From assembly GCA_963778655.1 (NCBI GenBank), contig CAVZVA010000003.1, forward strand, positions 448,001-512,000: a stretch of 64,000 nucleotides of DNA, written 5' to 3'. Within the stretch, counting starts at the first letter, position 1. Each line of letters begins with the position of its first letter. This document shows positions 33,390 to 41,922 of this stretch, in pieces. The position numbers and the translations under genes are program-made. Source of the stretch: an uncultured delta proteobacterium. GTDB lineage: Bacteria > Myxococcota_A > Polyangia > Polyangiales > JAFGIB01. Below the pieces are notes generated by a model, which saw nothing but the letters and a program-made list of their open reading frames with translations, did not search any database and was not told the origin of the DNA.

Positions 33390-34490
33390 ATGGCAGGCGA
33401 CCTCACAGCGAGCGCGGGCTTTGCCCGCAACCCCCCGGCTGGCGCGCTCGTCACGGGCGCCACGGGCTTCGTCGGCGGCGCGCTGTGCCAGCGCCTGTCG
33501 GAGCTCGGCGTCACGCTCCATGCGCTGGTGCGCGCGGGCAGCCCGCGTCAGGAGCTCGAGAGCACGCGAGCGGTGCTGCACGAGGGCGACCTTGCCGACC
33601 CCAACACCATCGCCGATGCGGCCGAGGGTTGCGAGCTGCTGTTCCATTGCGCGAGCGAGAGCGCCCTGCACGCGCCGCCCGCGGCGTTGTCGTGGATCAA
33701 CGTCGCCGGCACCGAGAACGCGATCGCGGCCGCGCGTCATGCCGGCGTGCGCCGCGTGGTGCTGCTGTCCTGCGCGGACGTCTCGCTGCTCAACCGTGAT
33801 CGGTTGCACTGGAAGGAAGCGGCGGTGCTGGGTCAGGAGCCGCTCGGCGCGCTCGCGCGCAGCAAGCTGCTGGCCGAGGAGCTCGCGCTGCAAGCGAGCG
33901 ACGCCCGCCTGTGCGTGACCGCGCTGCGTCCCGCGTTCCTGTGGGGCCCTGCCGAGCGTCACAACCTGCCGGCGCTGTGCGCCGAGGGCCTAGGTGGAGG
34001 CGTGCGGCTGTTCGGCTCGGGCGACGCGTTGTTCGCCACTACACACGTCGACAACCTGGTCGAGGCGCTGCTCGCCGCCGCGCGCGCGCCCGAGGCCGGC
34101 GGACGCGCATTTCACGTGGCCGACGGCGAGGTGCTCACCGCGCGCGAGTTCTTCGCCAAGCTCAGCGAGGCGCTCGGGCTGCCACGACCGCGCCGCGGGC
34201 TCTACGCGTTTGCATATGCCGCGGCCTGGCTGCGGCGCGGCCTGCAGCGCGAAGGCGCGTGGCCCGAAGACGTGGCTCGTCGCGGGCGCGCATGCCTGCT
34301 CGATTGCCTGCAAGCGGTCCAGAGCTTCGACTACCAGCCGCGCGTGAGCATCGAGCAGGGCATGGCCGAGCTCGCGCGCTGGGGCCAAGCCGCAGGCGGC
34401 GCCGCTGCGATCGCCAGGCTCGCCCGCCCGCCCGCGGGCCACGAAGAAATCGCCCGCCACCAGCGTCTCGCCGGCCATGAGCCGCACTAG
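33390..34490 (+). CDS. NAD-dependent epimerase/dehydratase (3-beta-HSD-like), YxxxK degenerate
   Basis: LVTGATGFVG, NVAGT; LARSK in place of Y..SK. Confidence 0.85.
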   Translation: MAGDLTASAGFARNPPAGALVTGATGFVGGALCQRLSELGVTLHALVRAGSPRQELESTRAVLHEGDLADPNTIADAAEGCELLFHCASESALHAPPAALSWINVAGTENAIAAARHAGVRRVVLLSCADVSLLNRDRLHWKEAAVLGQEPLGALARSKLLAEELALQASDARLCVTALRPAFLWGPAERHNLPALCAEGLGGGVRLFGSGDALFATTHVDNLVEALLAAARAPEAGGRAFHVADGEVLTAREFFAKLSEALGLPRPRRGLYAFAYAAAWLRRGLQREGAWPEDVARRGRACLLDCLQAVQSFDYQPRVSIEQGMAELARWGQAAGGAAAIARLARPPAGHEEIARHQRLAGHEPH

Positions 34491-34625
34491 CTTCTTCTCA
34501 TACCGGGGGCGCCACACCGGCAAAGCTCGCCGGGGCCCACCACCCGAGGCCGCTTCGCGGCTCCCGCTCTCGACGGAACGAGCTTCTGCGCTGTGGAGCT
34601 GGTCCCGCCCCGCCTTTTCGCAGCG

Positions 34626-34653
34626 TTGACAGGGCAAGGCCCTCTGATAAGTT
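34626..34653 (+). promoter_or_regulatory. Sigma-70-type promoter for the tRNA-Ser/SRP transcript
   Basis: TTGACA-N16-TAAGTT with extended TG. Confidence 0.7.
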
Positions 34654-34660
34654 TCGCCGC

Positions 34661-34747
34661 GGAGAGCTGACCGAGTGGCCGAAGGTGCTTGATTCGAAAT
34701 CAAGTGTGTCCGCAAGGGCACCGTGGGTTCGAATCCCACGCTCTCCG
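34661..34747 (+). tRNA. tRNA-Ser(CGA)
   Basis: GGAGAGC acceptor; CTTGA-TTCGAAA-TCAAG; long variable arm; GGTTCGAATCC. Confidence 0.96.
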
Positions 34748-34817
34748 CTACTTGGATCGCCTGTCGTCGTGCAAGCCGGTGGAATGGATGGACGGAGAGC
34801 GGTTCATGTGTGCTGAG

Positions 34818-34904
34818 GGAGAGATGACCGAGTGGTTGAAGGTGCACGACTGGAAATCGTGTGTGCCTGAAAGGGTACCGCGGGTTCGAATCCCGCTCTC
34901 TCCG
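34818..34904 (+). tRNA. tRNA-Ser(GGA)
   Basis: GGAGAGA/TCTCTCC; CACGA-CTGGAAA-TCGTG; long variable arm. Confidence 0.96.
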
Positions 34905-34934
34905 CCGGTCGTCGACGGTTTTCAACCGGATTAT

Positions 34935-35014
34935 GGCCTCGCCAACGCTGGCCCGTGAACTCCGCCAGGCCCGGAAGGGAGCAACGGTGACGGTGATCAG
35001 CGTGTGGCGAGGCC
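34935..35014 (+). ncRNA. ffs: Small SRP (4.5S) RNA; ends approximate
   Basis: Conserved CAGG.CCGGAAGG.AGCA core inside GGCCTCGCCA...TGGCGAGGCC hairpin. Confidence 0.92.
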
Positions 35015-35055
35015 TTTCTTGACGGCCTCGGCGAGCCGCGCATGGCCGCCGCCGC

Positions 35056-35523
35056 TCACGCGTCGCGGCGCTGCGCGCGGATGCGTTCGAAGAACGCGCT
35101 GAGCTGCTGCGTGCACTCGGCGCCGAGCACGCCGGGGCACAGCTCGAAGCGGTGGTTGAGGCGCGAGTCCTGGCCGATTGCGAACAGCGTGCGCGCAGCG
35201 CCGGCCTTGGGATCGTCGCAACCGTAGACCACGCGCGGCACGCGCGCGTTGACCAGCGCGCCCGCGCACATCGCGCACGGCTCCAGCGTCACGTAGCAGG
35301 TGACGCCGAGCAGCCGCCAGCTGCGCAGCCGCACCGCCGCCGCGCGCAACGCCACCATCTCGGCGTGGGCGGTCGGGTCCTGCGCGCGTTCGCGCAGATT
35401 GTGGGCGCGCGCGATCACGCGCCCGCCGCGCACCAGCACGCAACCCACCGGCACGTCGCCCGCGCGCGCGGCGAGCTCCGCCTCGGCGATCGCCTCGGCC
35501 ATGAACCGCTCGTCGTCCGTCAT
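35056..35523 (-). CDS. tadA: tRNA adenosine(34) deaminase
   Basis: DPTAHAE, YVTLEPCAMCAGA, DPKAGA, LNH. Confidence 0.96.
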   Translation of the reverse strand: MTDDERFMAEAIAEAELAARAGDVPVGCVLVRGGRVIARAHNLRERAQDPTAHAEMVALRAAAVRLRSWRLLGVTCYVTLEPCAMCAGALVNARVPRVVYGCDDPKAGAARTLFAIGQDSRLNHRFELCPGVLGAECTQQLSAFFERIRAQRRDA

Positions 35524-35610
35524 CGCGCCCGCCACCCCGGGCTGCTGATCGCGCGGGCCGCGCGCCTGCGCCCAAGCTCGAGTGCCTCGTGACTCCCGCG
35601 GTCGGGAGAG

Positions 35611-35684
35611 CGCGGCCGGCAGGATTCGAACCTGCGACCCTCGGTTCCGTAGACCGATGCTCTATCCAGCTGAGCTACGGCCGC
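35611..35684 (-). tRNA. tRNA-Arg(ACG)
   Basis: GCGGCCG acceptor; TAGCTCAGCTGGATAGAGC; TCGGT-CTACGGA-ACCGA. Confidence 0.96.
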
Positions 35685-35697
35685 AACGAGGCGCCGC

Positions 35698-35725
35698 ATA
35701 GTAGCCCGGCCGGCCGGGCTGTCAA
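35698..35725 (-). promoter_or_regulatory. Sigma-70-type promoter for tRNA-Arg/tadA with palindromic spacer
   Basis: TTGACA-N16-TACTAT on minus strand. Confidence 0.75.
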
Positions 35726-35911
35726 ATGCGGTCGCAACCACCCGAGCGCGTCGCTGCAGAGGCTCGTGAAGGCCAACGCAACGCACACCTGGCTGATCGC
35801 ACGCGTCGCCGCCGGACCACGCGCGCGCGCCGGCGCGATCGCAGCGGCGCGCGCGATCGCGGCTGGCCCGCGGCGCGCGTGCGGGCGACGCCGCGCGCGC
35901 GCGCAGACTTC

Positions 35912-36003
<92 letters not shown>

Positions 36004-36141
36004 AACAGCTCGAGATTTCAAGGAAGACGGCCCTTTGGGCCGGACGAAAGCGGAGTTATGTATCGAAGGGTCGAACACTGTCAAACGGCGCGCCCGGGTG
36101 AAGAGCGCGCAGGGCCGGTTCGGCCCGAGGAATCGATCGCC

Positions 36142-36849
36142 ATGCCGAGCTCGTCCCCGACTGTCCCGGCCGTTTCTCGCACCCGTACCGCCCCCGAGGG
36201 TTCGCGCGGCCTGGCCGGCTGGGTGCTGTGCTGCGCAGCGCTGAGCTGGTCGGCGCCGGCGCTGGCCTGCGACTGCGCAGCGCTCGCGCCGGCCCAGGCC
36301 TACCGCCGCGCCGACGCGGTGTTCGAGGGCCGGGTGCTCGCGATCGAGCCGGCAAAGGCGGGCGCGCCGAAGGCCGGCGCCGCCCCGCACGTGGCGCAGC
36401 TCGCGGTGGTGCGCGCGTGGAAGGGCGTGCAGCGAGAGCAGGTCGAGCTGCTGCTCCCGCACGCCGGCGCCAAGTGCGACACCGACCTCGCGCCGCAGAC
36501 CAGCTATCTGGTGTATGCGACCGAGCACGACGGCGGGCTGGAGCTGCAGCCGTGCAGCGGCACGCGCCCGATCGCGCAGGCCGATGCGGACCTGCGCGCG
36601 CTGGGCATGGGCGTCACGCCCTTCGAGCCCGGGCGGGGCCAGCCCGATGCCGGCGCCGCGAGCGCGCCGCCGCAGCCCCCGGCCCGCGGCGGCTGCGCGA
36701 GCTGCGCGGTGGGCGGCGGCGCCACCAGCGGCGGTGCCGGCGGGGGGCGGCTGCTGCTGGCACTGGCCGCCCTGTGCACGCTCGGCGCGAGCCGCGCAAC
36801 CAAACGCGGGCGCAGGCTCAAGCGCCGAAGATCTCGATCGCGCTCTTGA
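36142..36849 (+). CDS. TIMP/NTR-like domain protein with MYXO-CTERM-like tail
   Basis: ALA-CDC...ADAVFEGRV...WKG...C...YLVYA...C..T; tail GGCASC..LLLALAAL..KRGRR. Confidence 0.7.
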   Translation: MPSSSPTVPAVSRTRTAPEGSRGLAGWVLCCAALSWSAPALACDCAALAPAQAYRRADAVFEGRVLAIEPAKAGAPKAGAAPHVAQLAVVRAWKGVQREQVELLLPHAGAKCDTDLAPQTSYLVYATEHDGGLELQPCSGTRPIAQADADLRALGMGVTPFEPGRGQPDAGAASAPPQPPARGGCASCAVGGGATSGGAGGGRLLLALAALCTLGASRATKRGRRLKRRRSRSRS

Positions 36850-37747
36850 GCAGCGCGACGCCGTCAGCGCGCGGACGCTGAAACGAGTTGCGTCCCATGA
36901 TCGTGCCGAAGCCGCCGCCCTTGTGGATCTGGCGCAGCTCTTCGAGCACCGCCGCGGTGTCCTTGGCCGGACCGCCCGAGAAGATCACGATGCGTTTGCC
37001 ATTGAAGCAGGCCTGCACCACGTGGCGGATGCGATCGGCCAGCGTGTCCTTGGGCACCTTCTCGTAGTACTTGCGCGCTTCACTCTGCTCGATGTGCGCG
37101 CTGGGCGGCTTGACCTTGACGATGTGCGCGCCGAGCTGGCAGGCGATGTGCGCGGCATAGGCCACCACGTCGAGCGCGGTCTCGCCCTCCTTGCTCAGCT
37201 TACCGCCACGCGGATAGGACCAGATCACGGTCGGCAGCCCGACCTCGCGTGCCTCGGCGATCAGCTCGCGGATCTCGTCGTACATCTCGTTGCGATAGCT
37301 GGAGCCCGGGTAGATCGTGAATCCGATGGCCGTGCAGCCCAGACGCAGCGCATCGCCGACGTCGCCGGTGAGCGCGGAGTGCGGTTGATCCGGGCCCCCC
37401 AGCGAATCGCTGCTGTTGAGCTTGAGGATCAGCGGCAGCTTGCCTGCGTAGTCGCGCGCGATGCTCTCGATGAAACCGGGCGGCGCCGCGTAGGCGTTGC
37501 AGCCGGCCTCGACCGCCATGCTCGGGAAGTAGCTCGGGTCGTAGCCCGCCGGGTTGGGCGCGAAGCTGCGCGCCGGGCCGTGCTCGAAGCCCTGATCGAC
37601 GGGCAGGATGACCAGCTTGCCGCTGCCGGCGAGCGCGCCGCTGTAGAGCAGCCGCCGCAGATTGGCGATCACGCCAGGCGGGTCGGCGGAGTAGTTACGA
37701 AGGACCTGCTCGGCCGGAGAATCGGAGGTCGAAGAGTGCGTAGTCAT
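36818..37747 (-). CDS. fbaB: Class I fructose-bisphosphate aldolase (DhnA/FbaB)
   Basis: ILPVDQGFEHGP, WSYPRG, GAHIVKVK, IFSGG, GRNSFQRP. Confidence 0.95.
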   Translation of the reverse strand: MTTHSSTSDSPAEQVLRNYSADPPGVIANLRRLLYSGALAGSGKLVILPVDQGFEHGPARSFAPNPAGYDPSYFPSMAVEAGCNAYAAPPGFIESIARDYAGKLPLILKLNSSDSLGGPDQPHSALTGDVGDALRLGCTAIGFTIYPGSSYRNEMYDEIRELIAEAREVGLPTVIWSYPRGGKLSKEGETALDVVAYAAHIACQLGAHIVKVKPPSAHIEQSEARKYYEKVPKDTLADRIRHVVQACFNGKRIVIFSGGPAKDTAAVLEELRQIHKGGGFGTIMGRNSFQRPRADGVALLKSAIEIFGA

Positions 37748-37886
37748 CGCCGGGTTGCTCCCCAGAGCAACCGGCTTCCAGTGTCATTTCAGCCGGTTGC
37801 CAAACACGTCAAAGCCACTGCAGCGCTATGTAGCACAGCTGGCCGGCGGGCGACACGCTTCTTCGGCCGCTGCCGGACGCGCGCGC

Positions 37887-39188
37887 TCACTCCGGGCTGG
37901 GTCGGCGCCGACGTGCAGCCCCGCCTTCGTGCGCCTCGGGCTCGTACAGCCAAGCGGGAATCGTGCGAGATTCGGCTCGCAGGCGCAGCTCGCACAGCGC
38001 GGCGGCGTCCGGAAACAGCTCGCGCCGGCGCAGGTTGCCGATCTGCCCCCGCTCCAGGCGGCGCTGCGCCGCCAGCACCAGGCGCATGCGGTCTCGCATC
38101 CGGCGCGGCAGCGGCACGCGCCCCACCATCTCGCCGAAGAACTCGTCGAACGCCGCCGCCGGATCGCGCACACCCACCATCGCCTCGTGCAGCGGTCCGG
38201 AGAGCAACGCCGCGATCAGCACGGTGTCGCTGGGCAGGCGCCCGTCGGCGTGCAGCGCGTCGACCGCGAGCAGCCGATCCCACAGCCGCTCGGCGTCCTC
38301 GGCCTGGTCCTCGATGTGGGCGGTCAGCTCCGGCAGGACCACGCCGAGCGCGCCCACGTCCCAGGCCAGGCTGATCGAGCGCTCCGCGGCGCCGCCGCGC
38401 AGCAGGCGCAGGATCTCCTCGAGCACGCGGGGCGGGGCGCTGCGCGACAGCTCGTCTCGCAGATCGACCATGGCGTCGTAGACCTCGGGGGCGATGCCCA
38501 GGTCCAGGCGCGCGCTGAATTTGATCGCGCGCAAGATGCGGATCGGATCCTCGCGAAAGCGCACGTCGGGCTCGCCGATGGTCCGCACCACGCGCTCTCG
38601 CAGATCGCGCACCCCGCCGATGTAATCGATGACCTCTTCCCGCTCGATGTCGTAGAACAGCCCGTTGATGGTGAAGTCTCGGCGAATCGCGTCCTCGTGG
38701 GGCAGGCCGAACACGTTGTCCTGGCGGATCAACAGATCGGCGTCGTCCCCGCGTTCCTTGGGCGCGGGCCACAGCGACGGGGGCTCCCCCTCCTCCTCGA
38801 AGGTCACCGGCGCCTCGCCGGGCTGCTGGCTCGGATCGCGCCGAAAGGTGGCGACCTCGATGATCTTGCCGCCGCCGAACAGAATGTGGGCCAGCCGAAA
38901 GCGTCGGCCGATGATGCGGCAATTGCGAAACAGCCGCCGCACCTCGTTGGGTCGGGCGCTGGTGGCGATGTCGAAGTCCTTGGGCGAGCGACCCAGCAGC
39001 AGGTCTCGGACCCCGCCCCCCACCAGGTACGCGGTATGCCCGTGACGGGTCAGGCGTTTGAGCACCTTGACCGCGTCGAGGTCGACGCGCTCGGGAGCGA
39101 TCAGGTCGGGGTAGACGGCCGGCGCTGGAGCGCCGGGCTCGCCCTTGCGGGGCGCCACCTGGGGCGCTTGTGGCTCAGGAGATTTCAT
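37887..39188 (-). CDS. pcnB: Poly(A) polymerase
   Basis: YLVGGGVRD, PKDFD, PAP signature IIGRRFRLAHI, RRDFTING, EDPIRILR; true start lies inside the longer track ORF. Confidence 0.92.
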   Translation of the reverse strand: MKSPEPQAPQVAPRKGEPGAPAPAVYPDLIAPERVDLDAVKVLKRLTRHGHTAYLVGGGVRDLLLGRSPKDFDIATSARPNEVRRLFRNCRIIGRRFRLAHILFGGGKIIEVATFRRDPSQQPGEAPVTFEEEGEPPSLWPAPKERGDDADLLIRQDNVFGLPHEDAIRRDFTINGLFYDIEREEVIDYIGGVRDLRERVVRTIGEPDVRFREDPIRILRAIKFSARLDLGIAPEVYDAMVDLRDELSRSAPPRVLEEILRLLRGGAAERSISLAWDVGALGVVLPELTAHIEDQAEDAERLWDRLLAVDALHADGRLPSDTVLIAALLSGPLHEAMVGVRDPAAAFDEFFGEMVGRVPLPRRMRDRMRLVLAAQRRLERGQIGNLRRRELFPDAAALCELRLRAESRTIPAWLYEPEAHEGGAARRRRPSPE

Positions 39189-39314
39189 CGTTGGACCGCC
39201 CGCAGATGCGCCAGCGGGCGTAAGGCGAGGACGCGAAGAGATGCCAGGAAATGTATGCTCGGAGCCGCCGGCTGCCCAGGAGGGCCGGACCGGGGCTCCG
39301 GACGGACCTAGGCT

Positions 39315-40415
39315 ATGATAGCTGATTCTCTTCGCAAGCTGGCAGGACAAGCGCTGATCGCGGGCTTTCCGGGGCCGGAACCGCCTCCGGAGCTGCTGGC
39401 CGCCGCGTCGCGCGGTGAGCTGGGCGGATTCATCCTGTTCCGGCGCAACCTCGGTCCGCCGGGCGCCGTGGCCGCGCTGAACGCACAGCTCGCGGCCAGC
39501 TTCCCGGCCTCGCTGCCGCCGTGGATCGCGGTCGACCAGGAGGGCGGACGGGTGCAGCGGCTGGGGCCGCCGGTGCTGCAGTTGCCGCCCATGCGCGCGC
39601 TGGGGGCGCTGGACGACGTCGCGCTGACGCAGGAGGCGGCGCTGATCTTGGGCCAGCAGCTGGCGGCGCTCGGCTTCAACCTCGACTTCGCGCCGGTGCT
39701 GGACGTCGACAGCAATCCCGACAACCCCATCATCGGCGATCGCAGCTTCGGCGCCGAGCCCGAGCGCGTGGCCCGCCACGGCGCCGCGTTTGCCGCCGGG
39801 CTCGAGCAGGCGGGGATCGCGTCGTGTGGCAAGCACTTTCCGGGGCACGGAGACGCCGCCGTCGACAGCCACCTGGCACTGCCGCGCTGCAGTCACGGGC
39901 TGGAGCGGCTGCTGCAAGTCGAGCTGCGGCCGTTCGCGCTCGCGCACGCGGCATTGAGCGCGGTGATGACCGCCCACATCGTGTTCGATGCGCTCGATCC
40001 GGAGCGGCCGGCCACGCTCTCGCGCGCTGCGCTGCAACTGCTGCGGGAGCGCATCGGCTTTGCCGGGGTGAGCTTCAGCGACGACATGCTGATGAAGGCG
40101 ATCGCCGACCACCACGACATCGGGGAAGCGAGCTGCGAGGCGGTGGCCGCCGGCTGCGACGTGGTGCTGATCTGCGATCAACCGGAGACCTGCCTGGCCG
40201 CGCACGCCGCGCTGGTGCGGCGCGCCGAGCGCTCGCCGGAGCTGGCCGCGCGGCTGCGCGAGGCGGCGGAGCGCTCGCTCCGCGCGAGGCAGCGACACGC
40301 GACGCGCGCGCTGCAGCCGCAGGCCGTGCTCGCGCGCTTGCAGGCGCTCGGCGCCAGCGCGCTCGAGGCGCGGATCGCGGAGGCCTTGAAGGCAGATGCG
40401 GGCGCGCTCGGCTAG
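39315..40415 (+). CDS. nagZ: Beta-N-acetylhexosaminidase (GH3)
   Basis: DQEGGRVQR, APVLD, KHFPGHG..DSH. Confidence 0.93.
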   Translation: MIADSLRKLAGQALIAGFPGPEPPPELLAAASRGELGGFILFRRNLGPPGAVAALNAQLAASFPASLPPWIAVDQEGGRVQRLGPPVLQLPPMRALGALDDVALTQEAALILGQQLAALGFNLDFAPVLDVDSNPDNPIIGDRSFGAEPERVARHGAAFAAGLEQAGIASCGKHFPGHGDAAVDSHLALPRCSHGLERLLQVELRPFALAHAALSAVMTAHIVFDALDPERPATLSRAALQLLRERIGFAGVSFSDDMLMKAIADHHDIGEASCEAVAAGCDVVLICDQPETCLAAHAALVRRAERSPELAARLREAAERSLRARQRHATRALQPQAVLARLQALGASALEARIAEALKADAGALG

Positions 40416-41889
40416 CACGACGAGGCGGGCGTGGGCGGCCCTGCCCTGCGCGGGCCTGCTGCTGCTGTGCGCCACGGCGCACGCGCAGAGCACGCGGCCG
40501 CCGCTCACGCAGAGCGACTTCAACCTCAATCTGGCCACGGGGCCGGTGCTCGGCTCGGGCCGCATCATCGGGCTGGGCGGCGCCTATACCGCGCTCGCGA
40601 CCGGGATCGAAGGCGCGCCCTGGAACCCCGCCGCCTATGCCTCGCGTACGCTCTGGGGCCTGAGCTGGTTCGACTGGGACCTGACCGCGAGCATCGTGCC
40701 CACCATGCTCCGGCACAGCGACTTCGAGAACAACGGGCACGCCGGCTTCACCTACGGGAACTTCGTGTTCGGCACGGTCGGCTTCGGCCTGCACTTCGGC
40801 GAGCTCGGCATGGGCGGCCTGATCAACCTGCACAGCTACACCCTGGACAACCCCAGCACCAACGCCACCGCCGACCTCACGCTCGCGACCGCGAACTACG
40901 GCGCCGGCTACATGTTGGCCGACGGGCAGCTCACGCTGGGCGCGGGCGCGCGCACCGTGATCTTCAGCATCACCGACGCCACCAGCGGCGACAGCCTGGT
41001 GGATTTCGGCGGCACCGGTCCCGAGATCGGCGCGCTGCTTGCGCCGGCGGACAGGCCGTGGCGGCTCGGCTTCGCCGCGCGCCTGCCGGTCGAGTCCAGC
41101 GTCTCGGCCAAGGCCGTGGCGGCCGGTCTGACGCTGCCGCGCCAAATCGTGCTGCCGTGGGAGCTGCAGGCCGGATTCGCCTATCAGCTAGGCAAGCGCC
41201 CCCTCAACCGCAAGTGGGTGAACCCCCACACGGTCGAGACGCGCCTGCGCGAGGAGATGCTCGCGCGGCGGCGCGAGCGCGAGCGCGACGAGCTGGAGCG
41301 CGAGCGGCTCGCGCTGCGCATGCAACAGGCGCAAGAGCGGGCGCCGCCGATCGTGGCAGAGCTGCAGCCCAATGCCTCGGTGCCGGTGGTGCCCCTGGAC
41401 GTGCCGCAGGACCCGTCGTTCTGGGACGCCGAGCACAAGCGCCGCTGGGACGAGGAGCGCGAGCTGCTGGCGCGGATCGCGGATCTGGAGCAGGCGCGCG
41501 AGCAGGCGGTGCGCGCGCTCTCGCGCCGCTACCTGTTGCTGTCGAGCGAGGCGATTCTGGTCGGCGAGACCAGAGACGGCATCGGGCTCGAATCGTTTCT
41601 GTCGCAGCAGCGCCAAGACGCGGGGCGGCGCGTGACCGTGGGCGTGCGCCTGGGAGCGGAGGGCGAGCCGATCCAGAACTGGGTCCAGATGCGGGTCGGC
41701 ACCTATTTCGAGCCCAGCCGCTTTGCGGGCGTCGGCTACCGCGTGCACGCGACGCTGGGCGCCGACGTACGCCTGTTCAGCTGGACCCTGTTCGGCCTGG
41801 TCGACGAGTTCACGCTGAGCGCAGGCGCAGTCGCAGACGTGGCGGTGCGCTACTTGAACGCGGGGGTGGGCATCGGGCTATGGCATTAG
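40396..41889 (+). CDS. Probable outer-membrane beta-barrel with charged helical insertion
   Basis: Signal peptide; GRIIGLGGAYTA..WNPA; amphipathic strands; ends GIGLWH. Confidence 0.65.
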   Translation: MRARSASTTRRAWAALPCAGLLLLCATAHAQSTRPPLTQSDFNLNLATGPVLGSGRIIGLGGAYTALATGIEGAPWNPAAYASRTLWGLSWFDWDLTASIVPTMLRHSDFENNGHAGFTYGNFVFGTVGFGLHFGELGMGGLINLHSYTLDNPSTNATADLTLATANYGAGYMLADGQLTLGAGARTVIFSITDATSGDSLVDFGGTGPEIGALLAPADRPWRLGFAARLPVESSVSAKAVAAGLTLPRQIVLPWELQAGFAYQLGKRPLNRKWVNPHTVETRLREEMLARRRERERDELERERLALRMQQAQERAPPIVAELQPNASVPVVPLDVPQDPSFWDAEHKRRWDEERELLARIADLEQAREQAVRALSRRYLLLSSEAILVGETRDGIGLESFLSQQRQDAGRRVTVGVRLGAEGEPIQNWVQMRVGTYFEPSRFAGVGYRVHATLGADVRLFSWTLFGLVDEFTLSAGAVADVAVRYLNAGVGIGLWH

Positions 41890-41922
41890 CGCGAGCTCGT
41901 CCGCACCCCTGGTCGGGGATCG

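Noticed and set aside
37887..40568. 893-aa PcnB with long N-terminal extension
   Set aside because: The extension is antisense to nagZ; the real start is near 39188.
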